The notes under the pieces were generated by a model. It did not search any database. It saw only the letters and a program-made list of their open reading frames with translations, and was not told the origin of the DNA. Source: Mobula hypostoma (Eukaryota). Taken from it: a stretch of 64,000 bases of DNA. The position numbers and the translations under genes were made by a program. Position 1 is the stretch's first letter, and the number at the start of each line of letters is the position of its first letter. The stretch lies in contig NC_086097.1 of the NCBI RefSeq assembly GCF_963921235.1, positions 6,820,001 through 6,884,000 of the forward strand, given 5' to 3'. Below are positions 62,883 through 64,000 of this stretch, one piece after another.

Positions 62883-64000
62883 ATAGAAACCATAGAAAAA
62901 CTACAGCACAGAAACAGGACTTTCGGCCCTTCTTGGCTGTGCTGAACCATTTTCTGCCTAGTCCCACTGACCTGCACACGGACCATATCCCTCCATACAC
63001 CTCCCATCCATGTATCTGGTCCAATTTATTCTTAAATGTTAAAAAAGAACCCACATTTACCACCTCGCCTGGCAGCTCATTCTATACTCCCACCACTCTC
63101 TGTGTGAAGAAGCCCCCCCCCAATGTTCCCTTTAAACTTTTCCCCCCTCACCCTTAACCCATGTCCTCTGGTTTTTCTCTCCCCTTGCCTCAGTGGAAAA
63201 AGCCTGCTTGCATTCACTCTAATAATTTTATATACCTCTATCAAATCTCCCCTCATTCTTCTACGCTCCAGGGAATAAAGTCCTAACCTATTCAACCTTT
63301 CTCTGTAACTGAGTTTCTCAAGTCTCGGCAACATCCTTGTAAACTTTCTCTGCACTCTTTCAACCTTATTTATATCCTTCCTTTAATTTGGTGACCAAAA
63401 CTGAACACAATACTCCAGATTCGGCCTCACCAATGCCTTATACAACCTCATCATAACATTCCAGCTCTTATACTCAATACTTTGATTAATAAAGGCAATG
63501 TACCAAAAGCTCTCTTTACGACCCAATCTCCCTGTGACGCCACTTTTAGGGAATTTTGTATCTGTATTCCCAGATCCCTCTGTTCCACTGCACTCCTCAG
63601 TGCCTTACCATTAACCCTGTATGTTCTACGTTGGTTTGTCCTTCCAACGTGCAATACCTCACACTTGTCTGTATTAATCTCCATCTGCCATTTTTCAGCC
63701 CATTTTTCCAGCTGGTCCAAGTCCCTCTGCAGGCTCTGAAAACCTTCCTCACTGTCTACTACACCTCCAATCTTTGTATCATCAGCAAATTTGCTGATCC
63801 AATTTACCACATTATCATCCAGATCATTGATATAGATGACAAATAACAATGGACCCAGCACTGATCCCTGTGGCACACCACTAGTCACAGGCCTCCACTC
63901 AGAGAAGCAATTCTCTACCACCACTCTTTGGCTTCTTCCATTGAGCCAATGTCTAATCCAATTTACCACCTCTCCATGTATACCTAGCCACTGAATTTTC
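62883..64000 (-). mobile_element. CR1 (RT and 3' end), continuing past the window edge
   Basis: ORFs 63451-63969 (GVPQGSVLGP, FADDTK) and 63077-63355; tail at ~62883. Confidence 0.92.

Overview
This is vertebrate non-genic (intergenic or intronic) DNA made almost entirely of nested transposable elements. The repeat repertoire suggests a cartilaginous fish, probably a ray; this is inference from family resemblance, not a database match. Dominant components are CR1 LINEs (two near-full-length ORF2 pseudogenes at ~960-3930 on the minus strand and ~40440-43370 on the plus strand, plus many 3' fragments), Rex1/Babar-type LINE fragments, Penelope-like elements (PLEs), RTE-derived non-autonomous elements, tRNA-derived V-SINEs, Tc1 remnants, one R4/Dong-type endonuclease remnant and two solo LTRs. 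I could not establish any host protein-coding gene; there is one weak SEA-like micro-exon candidate. The main signals are: (1) PLE termini carrying minimal hammerhead ribozyme motifs, two of them intact inside one inverted-repeat element at 58945-59680; (2) ~130-bp TSD-flanked mini-PLEs that are little more than ribozyme plus tail; (3) a perfect 149-bp inverted duplication at 20549-20889; (4) a nested CR1 pair sharing private mutations, suggesting gene conversion; (5) a perfect DR1 motif in unique sequence. Element boundaries were read by eye and are approximate unless a TSD is given.
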